Shown: positions 37,799-47,091 of the stretch, piece after piece | Position numbering within the stretch: the first letter of the stretch is position 1 | How the letters are laid out: each line of letters begins with the position of its first letter | NCBI GenBank assembly: GCA_963720825.1 | Contig: CAVRGY010000002.1 | Span: forward strand, 31,672 to 95,671 | Length of the DNA: 64,000 nucleotides | Source of the DNA: an uncultured Chloroflexia bacterium | GTDB taxonomy: Bacteria > Chloroflexota > Limnocylindria > Limnocylindrales > CSP1-4 | Direction: 5' to 3' | Made by a program: the position numbers and the translations under genes | The notes under the pieces: generated by a model | Databases searched by the model: none | What the model was told of the DNA's origin: nothing | What the model saw: only the letters and a program-made list of their open reading frames with translations

Positions 37799-39165
37799 GC
37801 GACGAGCGGGATCCCCGCGTCGAGCGGGACGCCGGCGGTGACGTGCGACGCGACGCCGGGCTTGGCAGCATTGGCCTCGGCAACATCGGGCTGGTCGCGC
37901 GGCGCGAGTACGCCGAGCGGGTCCGCGCCCGGGCGTTCGTGTTCTCGACGGTGCTGCTCGCGGGCCTGGCCGTCATGATCGCGCTCATCCCGCTCGCGGT
38001 CCGGTTCGTCGACCAGGTCACGGTGACCCGGATCGCCGTGGTCGCCGACGAGCAGGCGCTGGGGGACCGCGCCGTGTCGGTCATGGACGGCTTCCTCAAC
38101 GCGCGGCTCGACTCCGGCGCCACGGCAAGCCGCCGCTTCGACTTCGAGCGCCAGGACGACGCCGTGGCGGCGGCCGCCGACGTCCGGGACGGATCGCTGG
38201 CCGGCGCCGTGCTGATCGCGCGCGGCGCGGATGGCGGCCTCGACTTCCGGGTTCTGACCGTGGGCGCGCTGAGCCAGGATCGCGCGCAGCTGCTCCAGAT
38301 CGGGGCGTTCGCGGTGGGGATCCTCGACTGGACGGCGACCCAGCCGCCCAGCAGCCGGCAGTTCGTCGCACCCACGTTCAACGTCGTCGATCCGGGCGCC
38401 GCGGGCGGCGCCGGTGGCGGCGACACCATCGACACCGCCGAGTACGCAAGCCGCCGGATCGTGGGCATCGTGTTCGTGGTCCTGTCGTTCCTCACGCTCG
38501 TGTTCTACGGGCTGTGGGTCGCCGCGGGCGTGGTCGCGGAGAAGGCCAGCCGGGTCATGGAGCTGCTCATCTCGGCCGGCACGGCACCCCAGCTGGTGCT
38601 GGGCAAGATCCTCGGGATCGGCCTGTCCGGATTGACCCAGGTGCTGCTCGTGCTGGCACCGGCCCTCGCGGCGCTGCTGCTGTCGGGCAGGATCGGCAAC
38701 GCGCTGCTGGGCGAGGATCCAGGGTCCGTATCGTCCCTGGCCGGGCTGTCGCCCGGGCTCCTGGCGGCGTTCCTCGTGTACTTCGTGCTCGGGTTCGCGC
38801 TGTACGCCTCGCTGTACGCGGGTGCCGGCTCGCTGCTCAGCCGCGCCGAGGATCTCCAGGTCATCGCGCTGCCCCTGTCGATCCCGGCGATCGCCGGGTA
38901 CCTGCCCGCAGTGCTCGCCCTGAGTGGCGGCAGCTCGTCGATCATCAGGATCGCCTCCTACGTCCCGATCTGGAGCCCGTTCGTGATGCTGTCCCGGCTC
39001 TCGGTCGGTCGCGTGGAGCCATGGGAGCTGGTGCTCTCGATCGGGCTGCTGCTGCTGACGGTGCCGCTCGCGATGTGGTTCTCGATCCGCGTGTTCCGTG
39101 CCGGCGTCCTGATGTACGGGCAGCCGCCGGGGCTCCGTGCGTTCGCGCGCGCGGTCCGCGGCTAG
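37795..39165 (+). CDS. ABC-2 family transporter permease (NatB-like). ATG overlaps the ATPase stop.
   Basis: N-terminal TM anchor, a large extracytoplasmic loop, then a C-terminal cluster of five TM helices (…FVVLSFLTLVFYGLWVAAGVV…). Confidence 0.7.
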   Translation: MSDERDPRVERDAGGDVRRDAGLGSIGLGNIGLVARREYAERVRARAFVFSTVLLAGLAVMIALIPLAVRFVDQVTVTRIAVVADEQALGDRAVSVMDGFLNARLDSGATASRRFDFERQDDAVAAAADVRDGSLAGAVLIARGADGGLDFRVLTVGALSQDRAQLLQIGAFAVGILDWTATQPPSSRQFVAPTFNVVDPGAAGGAGGGDTIDTAEYASRRIVGIVFVVLSFLTLVFYGLWVAAGVVAEKASRVMELLISAGTAPQLVLGKILGIGLSGLTQVLLVLAPALAALLLSGRIGNALLGEDPGSVSSLAGLSPGLLAAFLVYFVLGFALYASLYAGAGSLLSRAEDLQVIALPLSIPAIAGYLPAVLALSGGSSSIIRIASYVPIWSPFVMLSRLSVGRVEPWELVLSIGLLLLTVPLAMWFSIRVFRAGVLMYGQPPGLRAFARAVRG

Positions 39166-39222
39166 CGACCGGTCCGCGACCCCACCCCCGCTGCGGCCCA
39201 TTGCGGCCCCCCGGCGGCCCGG

Positions 39223-39990
39223 TTACCCGTCCGGGTCGTCGTCGAACGGGAGTCGTCGGAACAGCGCGAGGACGGGCGCCGTGCCGCTTGCCCCCGGGCC
39301 GTCGGTCGCACCCTCGCCGGTCGTGCCCGCCTCGGCCCCGCCTTCGCTCGCGACCGCACCGGGTGTCGCGAGGATCGACCGCCACAGCATGCTCCGGACG
39401 CCGGGCAGGTACGGGCTCGACCGCCGTCGGGCAAGCACGCCCGCGATGCCCTGGGCGACGACCGCGTCGAACAGCGCCCGGCCCTCGCCGACGATCGCGG
39501 GCACGACGACGACCTCGTCACCCGGGCGCAGGACCGCGCGCAGCTGCTGGCGCCGTTTCTCGAGCGGCTGGTTGAGCAGCCACCGCCCATCGAGATGCAG
39601 GATGTCGAACACCAGGAACGCGACCGGACGCCCCGGCCGCCCGCTCAGCCGCTCGCGCAGCGCCTGGTCGTCGGCCCGGCCCTGTCCGTCCACGAGGACG
39701 AGCTCGCCGTCGAGCACCGCGGAGCGCGCCGCCACCCGCACGGCAAGCCCCGCGAGCTCCGGCAGCCGCTCGACGAGCTCCAGCCCGTTGGGATCGACAA
39801 GCCGGACGTCGCCGGCGCCCGCCCGGTCCGCGGGCCCGACGAAGGCAAGCACCCGGTGGCCGCCCCAGGTCGGCTCGAACAGGAAGTCGGGAGCATCGAA
39901 GGCATCGGCAACGGCCGTGGGCCACATCGGGGCCACGTCACCTGGGCGCGGGAGCGCCGGATCGAGCCGGAGAGAGAGCTGCTCGGCCAT
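39223..39990 (-). CDS. ATP-dependent DNA ligase-like protein (LigD/LigC ligase-domain homolog) in which the catalytic motifs are degenerate.
   Basis: PMWPTAVADAFDAPDFLFEPTWGGHRVLAF aligns with the ligase motif I region, but the KxDG motif is replaced by TWGG. The motif V/VI region GIAGVLARRRSSPYLPGVRSMLW also lacks the usual lysines. Confidence 0.55.
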   Translation of the reverse strand: MAEQLSLRLDPALPRPGDVAPMWPTAVADAFDAPDFLFEPTWGGHRVLAFVGPADRAGAGDVRLVDPNGLELVERLPELAGLAVRVAARSAVLDGELVLVDGQGRADDQALRERLSGRPGRPVAFLVFDILHLDGRWLLNQPLEKRRQQLRAVLRPGDEVVVVPAIVGEGRALFDAVVAQGIAGVLARRRSSPYLPGVRSMLWRSILATPGAVASEGGAEAGTTGEGATDGPGASGTAPVLALFRRLPFDDDPDG

Positions 39991-40094
39991 CGAGCCCCGA
40001 TGGTAGCCCGTCCCTCCGCGCTAGACTGCCGGCAATCCCCGGCGCACCGCTGGCGCCCGCTGCGGGCAGGCCGCCCGCCCACCCGGAGAGGCTC

Positions 40095-42221
40095 GTGCCC
40101 AGACCCGCACGCCCGGAGGACCTGTATCGCCTCCGCATCCCGTTCGACCCCAGACTGTCGCCCGACGGCCGGATGGTCGCCTTCAGCGTCAGGACGACGG
40201 CGCCCGGCAAGGACGCGTATCGGACGGCGATCTGGGCGGCCCCGGCCGACGGCTCGGGCGACGCCCGCCGGCTGACGATCGGCGCCCGGAACGACAGCCA
40301 GGCGCGCTTCTCGCCCGACGGGACCACGCTCGCGTTCGTCAGCGACCGGCGACTGTTCGCCGAGGATGAGCCGGGGCGACCGAAGGACCCGAGGGATCGA
40401 GACGACTGCTTCCAGGTCCACCTGCTCCCGCTCGACGGCGGCGAGGCGCACCGGCTCACGGACCTGCCGCGCGGCATCGAGGCGTTCTCGTGGTCGCCCG
40501 ACGGCCGGATGATCGCGGTGCTGACGTTCTCGGTCGGGGCGACGATGGACGAGGAGCGTCGGCGTCGGCGCCGGCCACCCAAGCCCGCGCCGGGTGCCAC
40601 GCCGCGGTCCGACTTCCGGTACATCGACCGCCTCCAGTACATGGCCAACGGGGCCGGCTTCATCGACGATCGCATCGCTCACCTGTGGCTGGTCGACGTG
40701 GCAACGGGGGCGGCACGCCCGCTCGTCGTCGGTGGTACGTCGGTCGAATCGCCGGCCTGGTCGCCCGATGGGAGCACGATCGCGTTCACCGCCAACCGCA
40801 GCCGGCACCCGGACGTCGAGTCCCGATCGGGGATCTACGCAGTCGACGTCGTCACCGGCACCGTCACCAGCATCGCCAGTGGCCGCGACCCGCTGTTCCG
40901 CGAGCCGGCCTGGCTGCCCGACGGGTCGGCGCTCGTCGCGCTCGGCGACCGGTTTCCGCGCGGTGAGTACCGGACCGGGATCTGGCGGTTCGCCGCCGAC
41001 GGCGCGGATGCCGGCGGAAACGGCGGCGAAGACCTGCTGGCGACCAGCGAGCTCAAGCCCGACGCCGGCATGAACAGCGATGTCGCGCTGGGCGAACGTG
41101 CACGGCTTGCGGTCTCGGCCGATGGGGAGCACGTCCTGTTCACGGCTCCGGTCGAGGGCAGCGTCGAGGCGTGGCGGGTGCCGGTCGGCGGTGGATCCTC
41201 GCCCGAGCGCCTGACCACGGATCGCCACTACCTGTCGGGCTGGGATCATGGCCGGCTTGCCGGCCGCGATGTCCTGGTCGCCGTCCGGTCGACGGCCGTG
41301 TCGTTCCCCGAGGTCGTCGTCTGCGACGTGGATGCCGGCGGTCGCCCTGCCGGTGCGCGGCCGCTGAGCAGCCTCAACGCCGAGCTCGCGGCGGAGATCG
41401 ACTGGGTGGCCCCGGTCGAGCGCCGCTGGACGAGCGACGGACGCGAGATCCAGGGCTGGCTGCTCCCCGCCGGCGCGGGCCGGCGGCCACTCGCGCTCGA
41501 GATCCACGGCGGTCCCCACACGCTCTACGGCTGGGCGCCGGCCCTCGAGTGGCAGATCCTGGCCGGCGCCGGCGTCTCGGTGCTTGCCGCCAATCCGCGC
41601 GGGTCGGAGGGGTACGGCGAGGCCTTCAACCGCGCCAACCTGGGCGACTGGGGCGATGGCCCGATGGCTGACGTGCTCGCCGGCGTCGACCAGGCGATCG
41701 CCGACGGCCTCGCCGACCCGGATCGCCTGGGCGTCACCGGCGGCTCCTACGGCGGCTATCTCACGAACTGGATCGTCGGCCGGACCAACCGGTTCCGCGC
41801 CGCGCTCACGTGTCGCTCGGTCGTGGACATGCGGATGCTGTTCCTGACCGGCGACATCTCGAACGCGGAGTGGGCTTGGACCGAGTTCGGGCGCCGGCCG
41901 TGGGAGGACCCTGCCTACTTCGATTCGATCTCGCCGATCTCGCGAGCTCCCGACATCCGCACGCCGCTGCTGATCCAGCACTCGGAGCGTGACATCCGGA
42001 CGACCATCGGCCAGGCCGAGGCGCTGTTCACCGTCCTGCGCTCGCTGCGGAGGCCGGTGCGCTTCATGCGTGTCCCGGAGGAGACCCACGAGCTCACCCG
42101 CGGCGGGGTGCCGTTCCGCCGTGCCGAGAACCTGGTCCAGGTGCGCGACTGGTTCGTCCACTTCCTGGTCCAGGGCGCCCGGCGCCTGCCGCCCGCCCCC
42201 AGGAACCGCGCCGGCGCCTGA
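40095..42221 (+). CDS. S9 family serine peptidase (acylaminoacyl-peptidase-like): N-terminal beta-propeller plus alpha/beta hydrolase.
   Basis: TolB-like propeller repeats (SPDGRMVAF…, SPDGTTLAF…, SPDGSTIAF…). Catalytic GGSYGGYLTNW nucleophile elbow. Confidence 0.8.
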   Translation: MPRPARPEDLYRLRIPFDPRLSPDGRMVAFSVRTTAPGKDAYRTAIWAAPADGSGDARRLTIGARNDSQARFSPDGTTLAFVSDRRLFAEDEPGRPKDPRDRDDCFQVHLLPLDGGEAHRLTDLPRGIEAFSWSPDGRMIAVLTFSVGATMDEERRRRRRPPKPAPGATPRSDFRYIDRLQYMANGAGFIDDRIAHLWLVDVATGAARPLVVGGTSVESPAWSPDGSTIAFTANRSRHPDVESRSGIYAVDVVTGTVTSIASGRDPLFREPAWLPDGSALVALGDRFPRGEYRTGIWRFAADGADAGGNGGEDLLATSELKPDAGMNSDVALGERARLAVSADGEHVLFTAPVEGSVEAWRVPVGGGSSPERLTTDRHYLSGWDHGRLAGRDVLVAVRSTAVSFPEVVVCDVDAGGRPAGARPLSSLNAELAAEIDWVAPVERRWTSDGREIQGWLLPAGAGRRPLALEIHGGPHTLYGWAPALEWQILAGAGVSVLAANPRGSEGYGEAFNRANLGDWGDGPMADVLAGVDQAIADGLADPDRLGVTGGSYGGYLTNWIVGRTNRFRAALTCRSVVDMRMLFLTGDISNAEWAWTEFGRRPWEDPAYFDSISPISRAPDIRTPLLIQHSERDIRTTIGQAEALFTVLRSLRRPVRFMRVPEETHELTRGGVPFRRAENLVQVRDWFVHFLVQGARRLPPAPRNRAGA

Positions 42222-42305
42222 CGGCCGTCCGCGACCGACGGCCGCCCGCGACCGACGGCCGCCCGCGACCGACGGCCGTCCGTGCCTGACTGCCGTCCGC
42301 GCCTG
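42221..42305. repeat. Five tandem copies of a 17-bp GC-rich unit (acggccgyccgcgaccg), intergenic.
   Basis: Read directly. Three near-perfect and two degenerate copies lie between the S9 peptidase stop and the C45 gene. Confidence 0.6.
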
Positions 42306-42323
42306 GCGTACAGTGGCCATCCG

Positions 42324-43427
42324 ATGTCCACTCGCCGAACCGGCACCGATGCAGGCATCCCGCTCCTGGTCGTGCGGGGATCGCATCGCGAGGTGGGCCG
42401 CCAGGTCGGCGAGGCGACGGCCGAGGTACTGCGGCAGGCGGTGGCGTTCGACGCCGAGCTTCCCGCCGGGCGGACCCGGGACGGGCAGCTCGTGCTCGCG
42501 GCCGCCTACCGCGAAGCGACGCGCCGGGCGACGCCGTGGCTGGTGGACGAGATCGACGGCGCTGCAGAGGGTGCGCGGGTCGATCCAATGGCCCTGTTCG
42601 CTGCCTCGATCGAGGAGATCTGGTCCGTCCGTCCATCGCAGACGACTGGAGGCGCGGTGGTGGACGGCCGCTGCACGGACCTGGTCGCAGGGCCTCCGGC
42701 GACCGCCGACGGCCACGTGTGGGTCGCCCACAACAACGATCTCGCGCCCGCGTCCGAGGGTTCGATCATCGCCATCGAGTGGCGGGTGCCCGGCGAGCCG
42801 ATCGTGCTCTCCCTCGGGATCGGCCCCTGGATCAGCGTCGGCTGGAACGCGGCCGGCCTGTCGCTGACCGGCAACGAGCTATCACCCAACGATGAGCGCG
42901 TCGGGGTCCCCCGGCTGCTGATGGTTCGCGAGCAGCTCACCGCGACGTCGCTCGACGAGGCTGTCCGGATGGCCCTCCGGCCGGACCGCGCGTCGTCGTA
43001 CAACACCGTGCTCGCCCATCGCGACGGACGGGTCGTCAACGTCGAGGGGTCGGCAACCGACGCCGAGCTGAGCGGGCTGAGCGGCAACGGAACGTTCGCG
43101 CACACGAACCATTACGCCTGCGAGCGGATGCTCACCTACGAGGGCGACCCTGCCTACGTGCGGCGCTCCGCGGTCCGCCTGGGACGAGCCCTGGAGCTGC
43201 TGGATGGCCCTCCCGGCGTGGGGCCGACTGCAGGGTCGATCACGCCGGACACGATGCTCGCGGCCCTCTCCGACCACGCGACGACACCCTCGATCTGCCG
43301 TCACGACGACGGGACGGATCCGACGACGACGGCGTTCTGGTGCCTCGCGGACGTCACCTCGGGCGAGATCAGGTACGGCGGCGGGCAGCCCTGCCGCGGC
43401 CAGGAGGACCGCTACCGGTTCCACTGA
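42324..43427 (+). CDS. Peptidase C45 / acyl-CoA:6-APA acyltransferase-like Ntn hydrolase family protein.
   Basis: …VVRGSHREVGRQVGEA… then internal C(103)TD nucleophile context and a …HTNHY… region. Length and order resemble the C45 family. Confidence 0.55.
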   Translation: MSTRRTGTDAGIPLLVVRGSHREVGRQVGEATAEVLRQAVAFDAELPAGRTRDGQLVLAAAYREATRRATPWLVDEIDGAAEGARVDPMALFAASIEEIWSVRPSQTTGGAVVDGRCTDLVAGPPATADGHVWVAHNNDLAPASEGSIIAIEWRVPGEPIVLSLGIGPWISVGWNAAGLSLTGNELSPNDERVGVPRLLMVREQLTATSLDEAVRMALRPDRASSYNTVLAHRDGRVVNVEGSATDAELSGLSGNGTFAHTNHYACERMLTYEGDPAYVRRSAVRLGRALELLDGPPGVGPTAGSITPDTMLAALSDHATTPSICRHDDGTDPTTTAFWCLADVTSGEIRYGGGQPCRGQEDRYRFH

Positions 43428-43521
43428 GGGCCCGCCGGGCGCCTGGCCCTGCGCCGTCGCTCGTACCTGCCCGGGCCGCCGCCGCCGCCCGCAGGGTCCA
43501 CCGCTGCATGCCCTCGATCTG

Positions 43522-45375
43522 CTACGCCGGCGCCGTCTCCAGCGGTGCGTCCAGCCCGTCGAGCCGACGCACGCCCGGCACCGTCCGGACCAGGAACTCG
43601 AGCACGATCCGCGTCTGGCGGACACGTTCCTCGATGTCGTACGACGCATGTCCGGTCGCGTACGTGTACACCTGCGGCTCGACGCCGCGCGCTCGGAGCC
43701 GCTCGACGTAGTTCCACACCTGGCGGATCGGGCAACGGCTGTCATTCTCGCCCGCGAGGATCAGCAGTGGTGCGCGGACATCGTCGGCATACGTGATCGG
43801 ATTGCGCTCCACGAACAGGTCCGGTGCCGTCTCGGGTGAACCGCCGAACAGTGCCCGGTCGAGCGCCTGCAGGGTCGGAGCCTCGTCCTCGTAGGCCGCG
43901 ATGTAGTCGGCCACCGGGACGCCGCCGATTCCCGCGACCCAGCGCTCCGGGTGGCGGCCCATGCCCAGCAGCGTGACGTACCCGCCCCATGACCAGCCGG
44001 CGAGCACCGCTCGAGACGGGTCCGCGAGGCCCCGGTCGACGAGGTCATCGAGCCCGGCAAGGACGTCCTCGAGCTCGAGGAAGCCGACGTTGCCGACGAG
44101 CGCGTCGCGCCACGCGCCGCCGAACCCCTCGGATCCACGGTAGTTGACCATGGCGACCAGGAAGCCCGCGTCCACGTGTGCCTGGATGTCGGGTGCCCAG
44201 CGGTCCATGTCGGTGGATTGCGGGCCACCGTGCACGCGCATCATCACGGGGTGCGGCCCGGGGCCGTCGGGCTGGACGAGGAAGCCGTGCACGCGCTGCC
44301 CGGCGGGATTGCCGAACCACCAGGACTCGAACGGGCGGCCGGCCGGCGCCGGGGTTCCATCGGCGACGAGCAGCGGCGTCGGCGAGCCCACCGCCAGCAG
44401 CATCGCCGGATGCTCGCCGGCATGGACGCGATACCACACGGACCCGTCGGGCCGGACGGCCGCGGCGGTGATCGAGCCCAGCACCGTGTCGAGGGTCTGG
44501 ACGCGACCGCCGGCCAGGTCGTACCGATGGAGGCGGTGGCGGCCCTCGACCAGCTGTTGCAGCAGGAGCGCCGAGCCATCCGGCCACCAGCCGACCGGCT
44601 CAACCGGCCCCTCGAGGTCGATCTCGAGGTCGATGACGTCGCCGCTGTCCGTGTCCCACAGGGCCGGCCGGCGATCGCCGGTCCGCTCGTGCGTGATGGC
44701 GATGCGCCGGTCGCCGGGCACGGGCGAGAAGCCGAACCCCGCGAGCTCGAGCCCCGGATCCCGCAGATCGCGGACGGTCTCGCCGGTGTCGGCGTCGATC
44801 GCCCGCAGCGATGGATGCAGGACGTCGCCGTCCTCCATGATCTCGAGCACGACGACCGCGTCGTCGGCCGACAGGGCGTTGCGATCCACCGACGCGATCA
44901 CGCCCCAGCCTCCGGCCAGCCGGACCGGCTGCCGGTGGGCGTGGATCCGGCGCGCAGCCGAGCCGTTGGCCGCGGTCCACACCGAGAACCCGTCGATCGA
45001 GCTGATCACGGCGACCGAGCGCGTCCGGCCGATCGCGAGGCCCTCGGACCAGGCCTTGGGCAGCCCTTCGATCAACGGTTCCGGCGCGACGTCCTCGTCG
45101 AACGGGGCGATGACGAACGTGCCCGTCTCGTCGCCCGTGTCGTCACGGAACCAGATGACCCCCGTGCCATCGCGGGTCGGCCGGCCCTCGGTGACCCCGA
45201 CGGGGTCGCGGGTGACCTGGCGGCGACGGCCGGTGGCCCGGTCCCAGGCGTGGAGCTGGTAGCTCCCGCTCTCGGTGGAGGCGACGACGATCCTGTCGGG
45301 TGCCTCCGCTGACCATGACGGAAAGGACAGGACGGGCGCGCGGAAACGGCGCTCCCACAACGGAAGGTTCGACAT
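43522..45375 (-). CDS. S9 family serine peptidase (prolyl oligopeptidase / dipeptidyl aminopeptidase-like).
   Basis: GWSWGGYVTLLGMG nucleophile elbow, with Asp/His in the C-terminal alpha/beta hydrolase part. N-terminal propeller. Confidence 0.75.
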   Translation of the reverse strand: MSNLPLWERRFRAPVLSFPSWSAEAPDRIVVASTESGSYQLHAWDRATGRRRQVTRDPVGVTEGRPTRDGTGVIWFRDDTGDETGTFVIAPFDEDVAPEPLIEGLPKAWSEGLAIGRTRSVAVISSIDGFSVWTAANGSAARRIHAHRQPVRLAGGWGVIASVDRNALSADDAVVVLEIMEDGDVLHPSLRAIDADTGETVRDLRDPGLELAGFGFSPVPGDRRIAITHERTGDRRPALWDTDSGDVIDLEIDLEGPVEPVGWWPDGSALLLQQLVEGRHRLHRYDLAGGRVQTLDTVLGSITAAAVRPDGSVWYRVHAGEHPAMLLAVGSPTPLLVADGTPAPAGRPFESWWFGNPAGQRVHGFLVQPDGPGPHPVMMRVHGGPQSTDMDRWAPDIQAHVDAGFLVAMVNYRGSEGFGGAWRDALVGNVGFLELEDVLAGLDDLVDRGLADPSRAVLAGWSWGGYVTLLGMGRHPERWVAGIGGVPVADYIAAYEDEAPTLQALDRALFGGSPETAPDLFVERNPITYADDVRAPLLILAGENDSRCPIRQVWNYVERLRARGVEPQVYTYATGHASYDIEERVRQTRIVLEFLVRTVPGVRRLDGLDAPLETAPA

Positions 45376-45413
45376 TGGGGCAGGGTATCGCGCGGAGGCG
45401 TGCGTCGTTCGGG

Positions 45414-45854
45414 TCATCGACCCATGACGCTGCGCGCCCAACGCAGCAGCCGCGCGGACGGGAGCGCATCGAGCTCGCCGAACGGGATCCACGCCGCCAT
45501 GTCGGAAGATCCGTCGGCCTCATGGCGTATCTCGCCGTCGTCGACGCTCGCCCGGTACACGATCCCGACCGCGTGGATCCGGTCACCGCTCGGGGTCTCC
45601 CCGGGCTCGAGCACCACGGACCGGACCGCGACGAGGCTGCCGACCCTGGCGGTCAAGCCGGTCTCCTCGGTCACCTCGCGGACGACGCCTTCGACCGGGT
45701 CCTCCCCGAACTCGAGCCCGCCGCCGGGCAGCGTCCACCCGCCGGCTCCCGGCGTCCCCGCGGCGACGCGGACCAGGAGCACCCGCCCGGCGTCCTCGAT
45801 CCACGCGTAGGCGGCCAGGCGGACGCGCCGGGGGACCCCGTCGTCCGAGGTCAT
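45414..45854 (-). CDS. NUDIX hydrolase. Its start overlaps the stop of the upstream BMC-P gene.
   Basis: Nudix box GGGLEFGEDPVEGVVREVTEETGL. Confidence 0.75.
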   Translation of the reverse strand: MTSDDGVPRRVRLAAYAWIEDAGRVLLVRVAAGTPGAGGWTLPGGGLEFGEDPVEGVVREVTEETGLTARVGSLVAVRSVVLEPGETPSGDRIHAVGIVYRASVDDGEIRHEADGSSDMAAWIPFGELDALPSARLLRWARSVMGR

Positions 45855-46198
45855 CTCGCCGCGCGGCGGCGTGCGGGTCGAGCCCGCTTGCGCGGCGGCT
45901 GTGCCGCCGTCGACGCATCGGCCGCCGGCCGCGCGAGCTCCACGGCGTCGACGATGCCCACGACCAGCGTCCGGACCGGCGCGTCTCTCGCGTCCAGGAT
46001 CTGGCGTGCGGAGTTCCCCTCGTCCATGAGCAGCACCGTCTCGCCCGGGCCGGCACCCACGGTGTCCACGGCGATCAGGTACCCGCCGGCATCGGCGCCT
46101 TCGGGATCGAGCAGGTCGCACAGGAGCAGCTTGCGGCCGTTGAAGACCGGGACGTTGATCGTCGATGTCACCGTTGCGACCACTCGGGCGAGCTTCAT
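45851..46198 (-). CDS. BMC vertex (pentamer) protein of the EutN/CcmL/PduN family, with a basic Arg-rich C-terminal tail.
   Basis: MKLARVVATVTSTINVPVFNGRKLLLCDLLD…YLIAVDTVGAGPGETVLLMDEGNSARQ…VGIVDAV, then PPRKRARPARRRAAR. Confidence 0.8.
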   Translation of the reverse strand: MKLARVVATVTSTINVPVFNGRKLLLCDLLDPEGADAGGYLIAVDTVGAGPGETVLLMDEGNSARQILDARDAPVRTLVVGIVDAVELARPAADASTAAQPPRKRARPARRRAAR

Positions 46199-46497
46199 CG
46201 CGCGCGCTTCCCGCGTGGAATGCGCTCCCCGTCGGTCGCGACCGCGTCCACGATGCCCACGATCGCATGGTCCACGGGCACGAACGGCTCGTCCAGGGCG
46301 AGCGACGCCTCGCGCGCGGCGACGATGTACACGAGCTCTCCGGGTCCGGCCATCCGGACGGCGTCCGCGGCGACGACCGGCGATCCCTCGGGCTGCTGCC
46401 GGCGATCGAGCGGCTGGACGATCAGCAGCGGCACCCCCTCGAGCCCGGGCGACTTGGTCGACGCCACGACGGTGCCGATGACCCGCGCGAGCTGCAT
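46195..46497 (-). CDS. BMC vertex (pentamer) protein, EutN/CcmL/PduN family.
   Basis: MQLARVIGTVVASTKSPGLEGVPLLIVQPLD…VVAADAVRMAGPGELVYIVAAREAS…IVGIVDAV. Confidence 0.8.
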   Translation of the reverse strand: MQLARVIGTVVASTKSPGLEGVPLLIVQPLDRRQQPEGSPVVAADAVRMAGPGELVYIVAAREASLALDEPFVPVDHAIVGIVDAVATDGERIPRGKRAR

Positions 46498-46498
46498 C

Positions 46499-47089
46499 TC
46501 AGCCGTCCTCGCGGCGCGCGATCCGGTCGCGGAACCGGGAGTCTGCCTCGAGGTTGACACGCATCTCGCCATGCAGCTGGGGGATCACCCGCGAGATCGA
46601 GCGCGCCGCGGCGCCGATCCGGTCCCGGCCCAGCTCGACCGCCGCCTCGACATCGGCGACGCCGCCGCCGAACAGCAGGTATGCCTTGCCGCCGATACCG
46701 TCGGCGAGGCGCAGCTCGAGCAGCCGGACCCGCGCGCCCTTCACCCCGGCGTCGGCCGCATCGATGATCGCGGCCACGGTCTGGGTCTCGATGATGCCCA
46801 GGGCCTCGCCCGTCGACGCGCGCCGGGTGCCGCGGATCGCGGCCACGACCTGGGGGTGGACGTCCGCGAGCAGGACGACATCGAGGATCGACGGGCCGCC
46901 CACGGCGCGTCCTGCCTCGAGCGCCTCCTCGACGTCGGCGACCGCCCCGCCCACGAGCACCAGGTACTTGCCCGGATGGACGGTCCCGGCGTAGATGACG
47001 TCGATGGGGGAGCGCTTGGCCATCGCATCGCCGGTCTCGATCCCGACCGCGATCGAGTCGAGCTCGAGCAGGGCGATGGCCGGCTGCAT
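46499..47089 (-). CDS. BMC-T shell protein with two tandem canonical BMC (PF00936-type) domains.
   Basis: Domain 1 AIALLELDSIAVGIETGDAMAKRSPIDVIYAG…LVLVGGAVADVEEALEAG. Domain 2 ALGIIETQTVAAIIDAADAGVKGARVRLLEL…GGGVADVEAAVELG. Confidence 0.75.
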   Translation of the reverse strand: MQPAIALLELDSIAVGIETGDAMAKRSPIDVIYAGTVHPGKYLVLVGGAVADVEEALEAGRAVGGPSILDVVLLADVHPQVVAAIRGTRRASTGEALGIIETQTVAAIIDAADAGVKGARVRLLELRLADGIGGKAYLLFGGGVADVEAAVELGRDRIGAAARSISRVIPQLHGEMRVNLEADSRFRDRIARREDG

Positions 47090-47091
47090 GG

